From: Lentimicrobiaceae bacterium
GTDB lineage: Bacteria > Bacteroidota > Bacteroidia > Bacteroidales > UBA4417
NCBI GenBank assembly: GCA_028697555.1
Contig: JAQVEX010000003.1
Location: forward strand, 12,450 to 76,449
DNA length: 64,000 nucleotides
Reading direction: 5' to 3'
In this document: piece after piece, positions 8,575 to 17,718 of the stretch
How positions within the stretch are numbered: position 1 is the stretch's first letter
Layout: the number at the start of each line of letters is the position of its first letter
Program-made: the position numbers and the translations under genes
Notes under the pieces: generated by a model
Database searches by the model: none
What the model was told of the DNA's origin: nothing
Seen by the model: the letters and a program-made list of their open reading frames with translations, nothing else

Positions 8575-9744
8575 CTATCTGATTTTTAAAATTGCCTTGC
8601 CTACCTTAGCCGAAATACGATTAAAAATTTCCGCTTTTTCTCCCGTTGCATCAACAAGAACATGCTTACCTCTTTTTTTGTACAAATCCATAACAGGAGC
8701 CGTTTTGGTTTGGTACTCTTCGAGACGACCAATTATAAGTCCTGTAGATTTGTCGTAAGGACGTCCTTTTTCGGAACGACCTCTCTTGTCTAATCGCTTA
8801 ATGAGCTCGATTGTAGGTGCTGTCATTTCGATAACAAACGAAACATTCATGTTCATCTTTCGCAACAACCCGTCTAAAATGTAAGACTGCAATATTGTAC
8901 GCGGAAATCCTTTAAAAACAAATCCGTTGACATCGCTATGAAGTTTTATCTCACGTTCTATAATTCTTATAACTATCTCATCAGGAACAAGCTCACCTTG
9001 TTCTAATTTTGGTTTAATTACTTCACTCAATTTGGTGTTCATTTCAACCTCTTTGCGTAGCAATGAACCTGTAGAAATATAGTATAAGTTATATTTCTGA
9101 GCAATAAGCCTACCCTGCGTTCCTTTACCAACACCCGGAGGTCCCGAAAGCACCAAATTGAACCATACTTTTTGAAGTGCTTCATCAATAGCTTTTTGAA
9201 GCTTTTTAAAAATATCGGGTATATGCCCAACTCCATTTATTGCCTGATATAAATTTCTTTCCTTGTAATATTCTTTAACAGGAGCTGTTTTTTGATGATA
9301 CTCTTGAAGTCGGAACTGAATTACCTCTTCGTTATCGTCGCTCCTTCCGGACACTTTTCCTCTTTCAATAAGACGGCGGGTAAGCTCTTCGTCGGGAACT
9401 TCCAGACTTAACATACAAGTTAGAGTTGTGTTAAGTTTTAACAACAATCCGTCGAGTATGTACGCTTGTACTAAAGTTCTTGGAAAGCCATCGAAAAGAA
9501 ATCCGTTTTTGTCGGGATTGGTTATTATTCGTTTTTCAATAAGTTCAACCATAATATCGTCGGAAACGAGATTTCCTTTGGCTATCAGGTCATCAACCTG
9601 CTTTCCCAACTCAGTTCCTTCTTTAATTTCTTGACGTAACAAGTCGCCGGTTGAAATATATGCAAGGTTATACTTCTCAATAAGCAACTTTGACTGTGTT
9701 CCTTTTCCTGCTCCCGGAGGTCCGAATATAGCTATATTTAACAT
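8575..9744 (-). CDS. adk: tandem-fused double adenylate kinase (two complete short-LID Adk domains in one 389-aa ORF)
   Basis: Two P-loops (FGPPGAGKGTQ at the N-terminus; SGPPGVGKGTQ near residue 200). Each is followed by YISTG, GFPRT and a short LID region. There is no stop codon between the halves. Confidence 0.85.
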   Translation of the reverse strand: MLNIAIFGPPGAGKGTQSKLLIEKYNLAYISTGDLLRQEIKEGTELGKQVDDLIAKGNLVSDDIMVELIEKRIITNPDKNGFLFDGFPRTLVQAYILDGLLLKLNTTLTCMLSLEVPDEELTRRLIERGKVSGRSDDNEEVIQFRLQEYHQKTAPVKEYYKERNLYQAINGVGHIPDIFKKLQKAIDEALQKVWFNLVLSGPPGVGKGTQGRLIAQKYNLYYISTGSLLRKEVEMNTKLSEVIKPKLEQGELVPDEIVIRIIEREIKLHSDVNGFVFKGFPRTILQSYILDGLLRKMNMNVSFVIEMTAPTIELIKRLDKRGRSEKGRPYDKSTGLIIGRLEEYQTKTAPVMDLYKKRGKHVLVDATGEKAEIFNRISAKVGKAILKIR

Positions 9745-9769
9745 TTACCTTAAGGTTTATTAATATTTA

Positions 9770-10312
9770 TTACTTGTTTTCTTTTTTATAAATATGTGGG
9801 TAATTTCTGCCGTAGCCGTCTAAATCTAACCCATAGCCAACAATAAAATCGTTGGGTATCTCAAAGCCCACATAATCGACAGGGAAACGATTGTTAAATG
9901 AATCGGGCTTTAGTAAAAGTGTTGCTATTCTGACACTTTTAGGATTATGTTCATGCAATCTTGAAATAAAAAATTCAAGCGTTAAGCCTGTGTCAACAAT
10001 GTCTTCTACAATAATAACATCTTTGCCGTTTATATCAATATCTAGACCAAAAACTTCCCTAACTTTTCCCGAACTTTCTAATTTATCATATGAAGACAGT
10101 TTTACAAATGCCAATTGACAATGACCCGAAAATCTTTTTACCAAATCGGATGCAAACATAAAAGAACCGTTAAGTATTACTATAAAAATCGGATCCTTGT
10201 CTTTGTACTCGGAATTTATTGTATAGCTTATCTGATTAATTTTTTCAACTATATCAGTTTCTTCTATATACTTCTTAAAGTCAATCCCGTCAATACTTAT
10301 TTGATTAGGCAT
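9770..10312 (-). CDS. hpt: hypoxanthine phosphoribosyltransferase
   Basis: 180 aa. PRPP-binding motif VIIVEDIVDTGLT and C-terminal DFIVGYGLD typical of Hpt. Confidence 0.9.
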   Translation of the reverse strand: MPNQISIDGIDFKKYIEETDIVEKINQISYTINSEYKDKDPIFIVILNGSFMFASDLVKRFSGHCQLAFVKLSSYDKLESSGKVREVFGLDIDINGKDVIIVEDIVDTGLTLEFFISRLHEHNPKSVRIATLLLKPDSFNNRFPVDYVGFEIPNDFIVGYGLDLDGYGRNYPHIYKKENK

Positions 10313-10486
10313 AAAATTCTATCATTTAATTGCAAAAATGCAAAGTTAGAATTTTATTTAAATTTATTCCTGTCATTTCTAAATAAGTATGACAAATTTC
10401 ATGTTTTTTGCTGATTACTTACTTGTTTTCAAGCATTTTCATCTTTATCATTTACTTTTTTGTTGTGTTTAAAGGATAAAGCTTTT

Positions 10487-10642
10487 GCGTGTTGCGGGGT
10501 ACGAGTTGCGGGTTAGTTTTGTCCCGAAATTTCGGGACAAAACTGACAACTCACCGACCACCAACCACCAACGACCGATCACTCATCACTAATCACCAAA
10601 AGCTAACGGCTAACGGCTAACGGCTAACAGCCAAAAGCTAAT
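10487..10642. repeat. mosaic heptamer-array intergenic element, copy B (type II)
   Basis: Order: GCGTGTTGCGGGGTACGAGTTGCGGGTTAG, a perfect 30-nt palindrome AGTTTTGTCCCGAAATTTCGGGACAAAACT (10515-10544), a CACCGAC/CACCAAC/CATCACT array, then a GCTAACG x3-4 array. Lies in the divergent hpt/purE spacer. Confidence 0.9.
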
Positions 10643-10665
10643 AATTCAAAATAACTTTCAATAAC

Positions 10666-10696
10666 TTTGATAAAACACGCAAATATTATACTTTTG
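10666..10696 (+). promoter_or_regulatory. putative Bacteroidota-type sigma-A promoter for purE (TTTG-N19-TACTTTTG)
   Basis: TTTG at 10666-10669 and TACTTTTG at 10689-10696, matching the published Bacteroides -33 TTTG / -7 TAnnTTTG consensus with 19-nt spacing. The box lies 16 nt upstream of the ATG at 10712. Confidence 0.45.
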
Positions 10697-10711
10697 AAAA
10701 AAATTAAAAAG

Positions 10712-11215
10712 ATGAAAGCAATTGTAAGTATAATTATGGGTAGCACCAGCGACCTAAAAGTAATGGAACAAGCAGCAAAGCTATTTGATGAATTTGAAAT
10801 TCCTTTTGAAATAAATGCTTTATCGGCTCACCGCACACCACAAGAAGTTGAAAAGTTTGCAAGCACAGCAGAAGAAAGGGGTATAAAAGTAATAATAGCT
10901 GCTGCAGGAATGGCGGCTCACTTGCCCGGAGTTATTGCTGCATATACTACGCTGCCTGTTATTGGTGTGCCTATAAATGCCTCTCTCTACGGTATTGACG
11001 CTTTGTTGGCTATTGTCCAAATGCCTCCAGGAATACCTGTTGCAACCGTAGGTATTAACGCTGCTACAAATGCAGGACTATTAGCTATACAAATTTTAGC
11101 TTTGAGTGACGAAAAAATTAACGAAAAGCTAAAACTGTACAAAAGCAATTTGAAACAAAAAATTGTGAATGCTAATAATGAATTATCAAAGTTAGATTAT
11201 AAATATAAAGTGTAG
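10712..11215 (+). CDS. purE: 5-(carboxyamino)imidazole ribonucleotide mutase PurE
   Basis: MKAIVSIIMGSTSDL... and AAGMAAHLPGV motifs. I prefer the internal ATG at 10712 over the track start 10667, because PurE proteins begin right before the GSxSD motif and the putative promoter lies inside the 5' extension. Confidence 0.9.
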   Translation: MKAIVSIIMGSTSDLKVMEQAAKLFDEFEIPFEINALSAHRTPQEVEKFASTAEERGIKVIIAAAGMAAHLPGVIAAYTTLPVIGVPINASLYGIDALLAIVQMPPGIPVATVGINAATNAGLLAIQILALSDEKINEKLKLYKSNLKQKIVNANNELSKLDYKYKV

Positions 11216-11232
11216 CTAAGCCCTGATAACTT

Positions 11233-11886
11233 TCAATTCTTGGTAATTATCATAAAGCCGTCACCAATAGGTAGCATGATATTGTTAATATCGCTGCGAT
11301 TTTGCACGTAATTATTGAATTTGGTAACAGCCATTGTGTCTTTATCGGCTATGTTATCAACTGTTCGCAAATACCACAACACATTATCGACTATTATTAT
11401 TCCGTTGTCGCTTAATTTTGGCAATATCAAATCTACTATCGAGCAATAACTTTCTTTGTTAATATCGACGTAAACAATATCGAAACTGTAATTCAAGGTT
11501 TTGATAACATCTTCCGCATTACCTTTTATATATTCGATTTTATCGTCCAAACCTGCTTTCTTAAAGTATTTCAATGCTATTTGCGAAGTCTCGTCGTTGT
11601 AATCAACAGTGAAGAGTTTGCCGTTTTCTTGAAGACCTTGAGCCAAACACAGAGCCGAATATCCGGTAAACGTACCCAAATCTAAAACAAACTTAGGTCT
11701 GATTACTTTGCTCAAAAACTGCAATACTCTACCTTGATGTGGCAATGTAATCATTTGCGGATAAGCCGTTTTTAAGTTTGTTTCTCTGTACAGCTCTTGA
11801 AGCAAAGGCAAATCCTTGCCCGAGTACTTTTCGGCATACTCATCAACTTGCCAATACAACTTTTGCGGATTCGGAATTTTAACCAT
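11233..11886 (-). CDS. class I SAM-dependent O-methyltransferase (caffeoyl-CoA/catechol OMT-like)
   Basis: 217 aa. SAM-binding motif VLDLGTFTGYSAL and FDIVYVD, as in the Methyltransf_3 family. Confidence 0.75.
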   Translation of the reverse strand: MVKIPNPQKLYWQVDEYAEKYSGKDLPLLQELYRETNLKTAYPQMITLPHQGRVLQFLSKVIRPKFVLDLGTFTGYSALCLAQGLQENGKLFTVDYNDETSQIALKYFKKAGLDDKIEYIKGNAEDVIKTLNYSFDIVYVDINKESYCSIVDLILPKLSDNGIIIVDNVLWYLRTVDNIADKDTMAVTKFNNYVQNRSDINNIMLPIGDGFMIITKN

Positions 11887-11897
11887 AACTATTTCAA

Positions 11898-13118
11898 CTA
11901 CTTATAAATAAGAACACTTAATTTATCATCGTCCAAAACCTGATTGGCAACATCGATAATATCGTTTGATGTTACATTATCAATTTTTTCGCAAATTTCA
12001 TCAAAAGTATCAACCTTATCGAATACTGCATACGACTTTACCATACTCAAAATTTCAGCTTGCGACGATTCTATAGCTAACGCCAATTGACCTTTCATCT
12101 GCTTTTTCGCCATACTAATTTTTTGAGCCGATAGCCTATTGTCTCTCAATTTTTTAAATTCTTTTCTAACTATTGATATAGCCTTGTCGGTATTAATACT
12201 ATCGGTTCCCAAATAAAAAGAAAAACTTCCGGTATCGCAATATGCATTGTAATTAGCCTCCAAGTTGTAGGCTATGCCGTTTCTTTCTCTTAAAGCTAAA
12301 GCTAATATTGAGTTCATGGCTGGACCACCCAACATATTGGTTAGTAAACTCAAAGTTACTCTATTTTCGTCGTGCAAGCTGTACGTAACATTGCCAATAA
12401 CAATATGGTTTTGATGACGCGATTTATTCTTTATAACCGTTTGCGGAACATAATTTAAAACAGATTCGGCTTTGATAATTTCCGACCTCCTATTATTATT
12501 GCCGAAACACTTGTGTACCGTGTTTTGCAACTGTTTCATACTTTTTCCGCTAATAGTAGCTATTACCAAATTATTAACCGCGTAATAAGTGTTATAATAA
12601 TCGACAATATCAGCCTGACTTATTTTTTTCACTGTTGATACTTTGCCCAAAATATTAGAGCCCAACGGGTGGTTTTTGAAAAGAACTTCATCAAATGCAT
12701 CGATAATATTGTCGGCAGGACTATCTTTATACGAATTTATTTCGTCGATAACTACATTTTTTTCTTTTTCAATTTCTTTTGCCGGAAAAACCGAATTGAA
12801 AAGCACATCGCTGATTAGTTCGGCAGCTCTCAAAAAATATTCAGTCAGAAAGGAAGCATAAATAGTTGTATCTTCTTTTGTTGTATACGCATTCAAGTCA
12901 GCTCCAACACTTTCTAACCTGTTTAGCACCTGTACATTGTTGCGTTTACTCGTTCCCTTAAATAATACATGCTCAATAAGGTGCGATATTCCCGAAAGAG
13001 AACTGCTTTCATACCTTGAACCGACCTTAACCAAAACAGCAATATGACTAAGTTTTGAGTCCTTCTGCAAATGAATCCATTTTAAACCGTTAGGCAAAAC
13101 CTGATACTGATAGCTCAT
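11898..13118 (-). CDS. M16 family (pitrilysin/insulinase-like) zinc peptidase
   Basis: 406 aa with the inverted zinc motif HLIEH (HxxEH) near the N-terminus and a downstream E in a typical M16 context. Confidence 0.85.
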   Translation of the reverse strand: MSYQYQVLPNGLKWIHLQKDSKLSHIAVLVKVGSRYESSSLSGISHLIEHVLFKGTSKRNNVQVLNRLESVGADLNAYTTKEDTTIYASFLTEYFLRAAELISDVLFNSVFPAKEIEKEKNVVIDEINSYKDSPADNIIDAFDEVLFKNHPLGSNILGKVSTVKKISQADIVDYYNTYYAVNNLVIATISGKSMKQLQNTVHKCFGNNNRRSEIIKAESVLNYVPQTVIKNKSRHQNHIVIGNVTYSLHDENRVTLSLLTNMLGGPAMNSILALALRERNGIAYNLEANYNAYCDTGSFSFYLGTDSINTDKAISIVRKEFKKLRDNRLSAQKISMAKKQMKGQLALAIESSQAEILSMVKSYAVFDKVDTFDEICEKIDNVTSNDIIDVANQVLDDDKLSVLIYK

Positions 13119-13120
13119 AA

Positions 13121-13708
13121 TTATTCTTCCACAAGGTTAAACGCTTTCGGATAGGTATCGTCGGTAAAAATCCAAAACAAAGGTTTGTTGCCTCTAAAAG
13201 TGCCATCTTCGTTGTATATTTCAACAACAGGACAAATACCTTTAACTTTTTTATCTATCTGCAATGTTTTTTTGTCGAAATACCACTCCTCCAAAAATCT
13301 AATTTTAGTTATGTCCTGAACCGAAATTTCCTTAATCAAAACGGTGTCAACCAACTCGTATGGCGGTTGAGCCGACATTACGCTAATAGTATCAACACGG
13401 CGAATTATGGTTTTTACGTCTTCGGCAGATAACTGTCTGTACGAAAAAATGTCGTGAGCAACAACATTCCCGTCGGTAACTTGCTTGAAAATATGTTTAA
13501 CAAATTCCTCTCTTTTTATTCCTTCTATATTGTTTATCCACCAATAGGAGTCGGCACTTACATCACATATAGGAACATCGTACTGAATACGCTTTGTTAG
13601 CTCATCGCCCACCTTATTCTTATCCGATTTGCAAGAAACAATCAGCGTTAAGCATAATGCAAACAGCGAAAATACAACAAGACCTACTTTAATATTAATT
13701 CTATTCAT
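13121..13708 (-). CDS. GldN-like lipoprotein (short paralog of GldN/PorN)
   Basis: 195 aa. Signal peptide plus lipobox (LIVSC). PPYELVDTVLIKE...EEWYFDKKTLQIDKKVKGICPVVEIYNEDGTFRGNKPLFWIF aligns with GldN at 19343-20194 (PPYDYYDTVLVEK...EDWYFDKQRSMLEVRIIGLCPVVDRFNEDGSYRGPSPMFWINF). It lacks the C-terminal ~75 aa of GldN. Confidence 0.7.
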   Translation of the reverse strand: MNRINIKVGLVVFSLFALCLTLIVSCKSDKNKVGDELTKRIQYDVPICDVSADSYWWINNIEGIKREEFVKHIFKQVTDGNVVAHDIFSYRQLSAEDVKTIIRRVDTISVMSAQPPYELVDTVLIKEISVQDITKIRFLEEWYFDKKTLQIDKKVKGICPVVEIYNEDGTFRGNKPLFWIFTDDTYPKAFNLVEE

Positions 13709-13820
13709 ATGTCTTTATTTATGATATTTCTGATTTAATATTTTGTAAAAATAATAATTGTGCAAAACTACTCTAAAAATGCTTGTCAATATTTTTCAAC
13801 TTTTCGATAAAACCTTGAAG

Positions 13821-13917
13821 TGGTGGCAGATGCAATGAGAAATGAGCAATGTACAGTTAACCCCGAAGTTTCGGGGCTAATTACTAATTGTTAATTATTG
13901 ATTCCCACGTACCCCAT
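13821..13917. repeat. mosaic heptamer-array intergenic element, copy C (type I, short)
   Basis: Order: TGGTGG, CAATGAG-like units, hairpin CCCCGAAGTTTCGGGG (13861-13876), CTAATTACTAATTGTTAATTATTG, then CCCACGTACCCC. Colinear with the cores of copies E and F. Lies in the divergent spacer upstream of porP. Confidence 0.85.
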
Positions 13918-14103
13918 TCAATATTAGGGCTTTAAAGTCTAATCTTATAAAACATCTATCATTTTTTTACAATTATGCATTCAAGTTCTGAGTTTTTAGT
14001 TAAATTTGCAAAATAAATACAAGAAAATCTAACGAGTATTCGTTTAATATTGAAAAAGTATTAATTTAGCACGCTTTAAAACAGGAGGTCTATTACTGTA
14101 AAA

Positions 14104-15066
14104 ATGACAAACAAATCATATCTAATAATACTGTTGGTAACGACTGTAATGTTTATAGCGGGTAAGGATTCGTACTCACAGCAAGACCCCCACTTTACGC
14201 ATTACATGTTCAATAGGTCGATATATAATCCTGCAAATTTTGGTCTCTCCGATGGCATTTCGGTTGTTGGAGTTTTTCGCAATCAATGGTTAGGATTTAA
14301 AGACCCTGAGGGAAATATTGTTTCTCCTGTTACCGTAGAAGCAACTGCCGATGCTCCGATAAGGATTTTGCACGGTGGCATAGGCTTTGGAGTTATGCAA
14401 GATAAATTAGGTTTTACCTCCAATTTAGATGTGAAGCTAGGATATGCCTTTCACGCGTACATAGGCAATAATTTGTTGAGCATAGGAGCAAACGTCGACC
14501 TTAACAATGTAAGCCACGATAATTCTAAATACATTACCACCGATAACGAACCTGTTAACTTAGGTGGTAACGATAAAGGCGCTGTTGTTACCGATATGGC
14601 TGTCGGATTAATATTTAAAAATCCTAAGTACTACATTTCGCTATCATCAAACAAGGTTTTGGAAACAAAAAAAGAGTTGGAAGGACAAAGTTCCATTGCC
14701 CTGCAGAACAGAAGGCATTATTATGCTAACGTTGGTTACAACTTTACATTACCAGCCTACCCCAACTTTGTATTTATGCCAACAGCCTTAATATACAGCG
14801 ATGGAAAAGTTTTTCAAACAAATTTTATGGCAATGGCAAAATATAATAATAAAATTTGGGGCGGAGTTGGGTATCGTTTTCAAGATGCAATAAACCTTAT
14901 TATAGGAACAGAATTTAACGACATAGAAATAGGTTACGCTTTTGACATACCTATTAGTGGGCTTGGGATAAGGACATTTGGGTCGCACGAAATAATGATG
15001 AGATATTTATTTAAAATAGAAAGGCAAAAAACTAATACAGGATACAGAAATACAAGATTTTTATAA
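14104..15066 (+). CDS. porP: type IX secretion system membrane protein PorP/SprF family
   Basis: 320 aa. Signal peptide followed by the family-defining QQDPHFTHYMFNRSIYNPA motif, and a beta-barrel-like C-terminus ending in F-L. Immediately upstream of gldK, as in the porP-porKLMN arrangement. Confidence 0.85.
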   Translation: MTNKSYLIILLVTTVMFIAGKDSYSQQDPHFTHYMFNRSIYNPANFGLSDGISVVGVFRNQWLGFKDPEGNIVSPVTVEATADAPIRILHGGIGFGVMQDKLGFTSNLDVKLGYAFHAYIGNNLLSIGANVDLNNVSHDNSKYITTDNEPVNLGGNDKGAVVTDMAVGLIFKNPKYYISLSSNKVLETKKELEGQSSIALQNRRHYYANVGYNFTLPAYPNFVFMPTALIYSDGKVFQTNFMAMAKYNNKIWGGVGYRFQDAINLIIGTEFNDIEIGYAFDIPISGLGIRTFGSHEIMMRYLFKIERQKTNTGYRNTRFL

Positions 15067-15200
15067 TATTTTTTGTATCTTATAAAATAAAAAAAATATA
15101 AACTCGTTATAAGAAAGACTAAACTAAATCAGACCAACGCAAACACAATAAATTTAAGTTTTTTGCGTTGTAAAAAAACTAACTAAGAATTAAATTTTTC

Positions 15201-16562
15201 ATGATGAAGAAGCTAATATTCGTTTTATTAATAGGTATAGCTGCTTATAGCTGTAAAAACAATGGCAACGGCGAATTAATAGGAGTACAAAACAGAGGTA
15301 AATTTTTCCAACCCGATCCCTACGGAATGGCATACGTGCCAATGGGTAGCTATGCACAAGGTGCAGGCGAAGAAGATGCTTTTTATTCTTTTCAAAATAT
15401 GCCTCGTACCATAACCGTATCGGCTTTTTATATGGACGAAACGGAAATTACAAACAATGAGTATAGGCAATTTGTGTACTACGTTCGCGATTCTATTGCA
15501 AGAACATTGCTTGGCGAAATCAATCCCGAAGAATTCCTAATCTCAGAAAACAAAAAAACAGGCGAAATCTACGACCCGCCATACCTTAATTGGGAAACAA
15601 AAATTGATTTAAGAAATCAGGAGGTAGTTGAAGCTCTCGAACCATTGTACGTTCCCGAAAATGAAAGGTATTTCAGAAAAAAAGAAATTGACGCCAGAAA
15701 ATTATTCTACGAATACTATTTTGTAGATCTATTAGCAGCTTCAAAGAAAAACTTTAAGGAAACAAGCGACCCCAAAAATGCCAACTTTGCTAATAGGCAT
15801 CAAGGTATGAGAGACCGTTCGGTTTACGTTCGTAAAGAAGTTATAAACGTTTATCCCGATACTTTATCTTGGCTACACGACTACTCGTATAGCTACAACG
15901 ACCCTATTGCAAAGATGTACTTTTCGCATCCGGGCTACGATCATTATCCGGTTGTGGGAGTTAGTTGGAAACAAGCCAACGCATTTTGCGTATGGAGAAC
16001 ACGCCTGCTAGAAACGGGTATGAAAAACAGAAAAAAAGGTGCTATGCCTGCAGAGTTCCGTTTACCAACCGAGGCAGAATGGGAATGGGCAGCCAGAGGT
16101 GGAAACACATTCAGCCCTTACCCTTGGGGAGGACCTTATACACGTAACGATAAAGGCTGTTTCTTGGCTAACTTTAAACCACTTAGAGGTAATTACGTCG
16201 ACGATGGAGGAGCCAGAACAATTATAGTTGCACACTATCCGGCTAACGATTTCGGACTTTACGATATGGCAGGCAACGTTGCTGAATGGTGCGTTGATGC
16301 ATACGACGAATCGGCTACACAATTTACTTGGGATATGAACCCAACGTACCAGTACAATGCCAAAGAAGACGACCCTGCAATACTTAAAAGAAAAGTAATC
16401 AGAGGCGGCTCATGGAAAGATATTGCTTATTATCTGCAAGTTAACACCAGATCGTACGAATACCAAGATTCTGCCAAATGCTACATAGGTTTCCGTTGCG
16501 TACAAGACTTCATTGGACGTCAGAAAAACGATAACCCCGCAAAGGCATCAAGAATATACTAA
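15201..16562 (+). CDS. gldK: gliding motility/T9SS lipoprotein GldK (PorK)
   Basis: 453 aa. Lipoprotein signal (AAYSCKNN) and an FGE-sulfatase/SUMF1-like domain (VVGVSWKQANAFCVWR, LPTEAEWEWAARGG, RGGSW). Followed by gldL, gldM and gldN. Confidence 0.92.
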   Translation: MMKKLIFVLLIGIAAYSCKNNGNGELIGVQNRGKFFQPDPYGMAYVPMGSYAQGAGEEDAFYSFQNMPRTITVSAFYMDETEITNNEYRQFVYYVRDSIARTLLGEINPEEFLISENKKTGEIYDPPYLNWETKIDLRNQEVVEALEPLYVPENERYFRKKEIDARKLFYEYYFVDLLAASKKNFKETSDPKNANFANRHQGMRDRSVYVRKEVINVYPDTLSWLHDYSYSYNDPIAKMYFSHPGYDHYPVVGVSWKQANAFCVWRTRLLETGMKNRKKGAMPAEFRLPTEAEWEWAARGGNTFSPYPWGGPYTRNDKGCFLANFKPLRGNYVDDGGARTIIVAHYPANDFGLYDMAGNVAEWCVDAYDESATQFTWDMNPTYQYNAKEDDPAILKRKVIRGGSWKDIAYYLQVNTRSYEYQDSAKCYIGFRCVQDFIGRQKNDNPAKASRIY

Positions 16563-16619
16563 TAGAAAATAATCACAAATTAATAATTAATAAATAATCA
16601 ACAATTAAACATAACTAAA

Positions 16620-17693
16620 ATGGGACTACAAAGTATTGTAACAAGTAAAGGATATAAACTTTTCATGGCTAAGCTCTACGGGATAGGAGCTGCAGTAGCT
16701 ATTACAGGAGCACTTTTTAAAATTGTACACTTACCGGGAGCAAATATTATGCTTATAGCCGGTCTTTCGGCGGAGGCTATAATATTCTTTTTCTCTGCGT
16801 TCGAACCACCTTACGTTGAACCAGACTGGTCTCTGGTGTACCCGGAATTAGCAGGTATGTACGAACACATGCGTCCCACCAAAAAAGAAAAAAAAGTCAA
16901 GGATAAAGATAAAAAACAAGTAACTGCTCCAGGTGTAGCAAAAACGCCAACACAGGAACTTGACGATATGCTTACACAAGCCAAGATAGGACCGGAACTT
17001 ATCGAAAGTTTAGGAGAAGGCATGAGAAGAATGAGCGAAAATGTTAGCAAAATGTCAAATGTTACCGATTCGGCAATTACATCCGACACCTTTGTCAGAA
17101 ATGTAACCGAAGCAAGTAAATCGGCTAGCGAGCTTTCAAAATCGTACCAAAATATGGGTAGAGTGTTAGATGAAGATGCAAAAGTTACAGGAGAATTTTC
17201 TAATAGCATTAAATCGGCTGCAAGTACTGCAAGCAACTTAGCTCAAACATACGAAGAAGTTTCGGGTGCTATTAAAAAGGAAATTAATGTAGCACAAACA
17301 TTTTCAAACACAATGTCGGAAGCAGCAAATTCGGCAAATAATTTAGTACAAAAATATAATGAGTCCGCTGAATTGTTATCGAAATCAGCTGATATACTTA
17401 ATTTTAGTGCTTCCGATAGTAAAAACTACAACGAACAGCTACAAAAAATTTCAAACAACCTTGCAACGTTGAACAATATATATGAAATGCAAGTTAAGTC
17501 TGTTACATCTCAAGTTGATTCCAGCAAAGAACTTACTAACTCAGTAAGTAACTTCCTTTCAACTCTTGAAACTTCAGCCAAAAACATGGATAACTATCAA
17601 AAAGAACTTAGTGCACTTACTCAAAGAGTTGCGGCTCTTAACCAAGTGTACGGTAATATGTTATCGGCAATGAACTTCAATCCAAAAAACTAA
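16620..17693 (+). CDS. gldL: gliding motility/T9SS protein GldL (PorL), long form
   Basis: Two N-terminal TM helices with the GldL signature (KLYGIGAAVAITGALFKIVHLPGAN...AEAIIFFFSAFEP) and a conserved C-terminus (LNQVYGNMLSAMN). The cytoplasmic part is extended and repetitive. Confidence 0.9.
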   Translation: MGLQSIVTSKGYKLFMAKLYGIGAAVAITGALFKIVHLPGANIMLIAGLSAEAIIFFFSAFEPPYVEPDWSLVYPELAGMYEHMRPTKKEKKVKDKDKKQVTAPGVAKTPTQELDDMLTQAKIGPELIESLGEGMRRMSENVSKMSNVTDSAITSDTFVRNVTEASKSASELSKSYQNMGRVLDEDAKVTGEFSNSIKSAASTASNLAQTYEEVSGAIKKEINVAQTFSNTMSEAANSANNLVQKYNESAELLSKSADILNFSASDSKNYNEQLQKISNNLATLNNIYEMQVKSVTSQVDSSKELTNSVSNFLSTLETSAKNMDNYQKELSALTQRVAALNQVYGNMLSAMNFNPKN

Positions 17694-17718
17694 CAACTAA
17701 TACTTGAAAATTTAACAA

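Noticed and set aside
10667-10711. 5' extension of purE in the ORF track (MIKHANIILLKKIKK...)
   Set aside because: It would place a Bacteroidota-type -33/-7 promoter inside the coding region. PurE proteins start just before the GSxSD motif, so the internal ATG at 10712 fits better.
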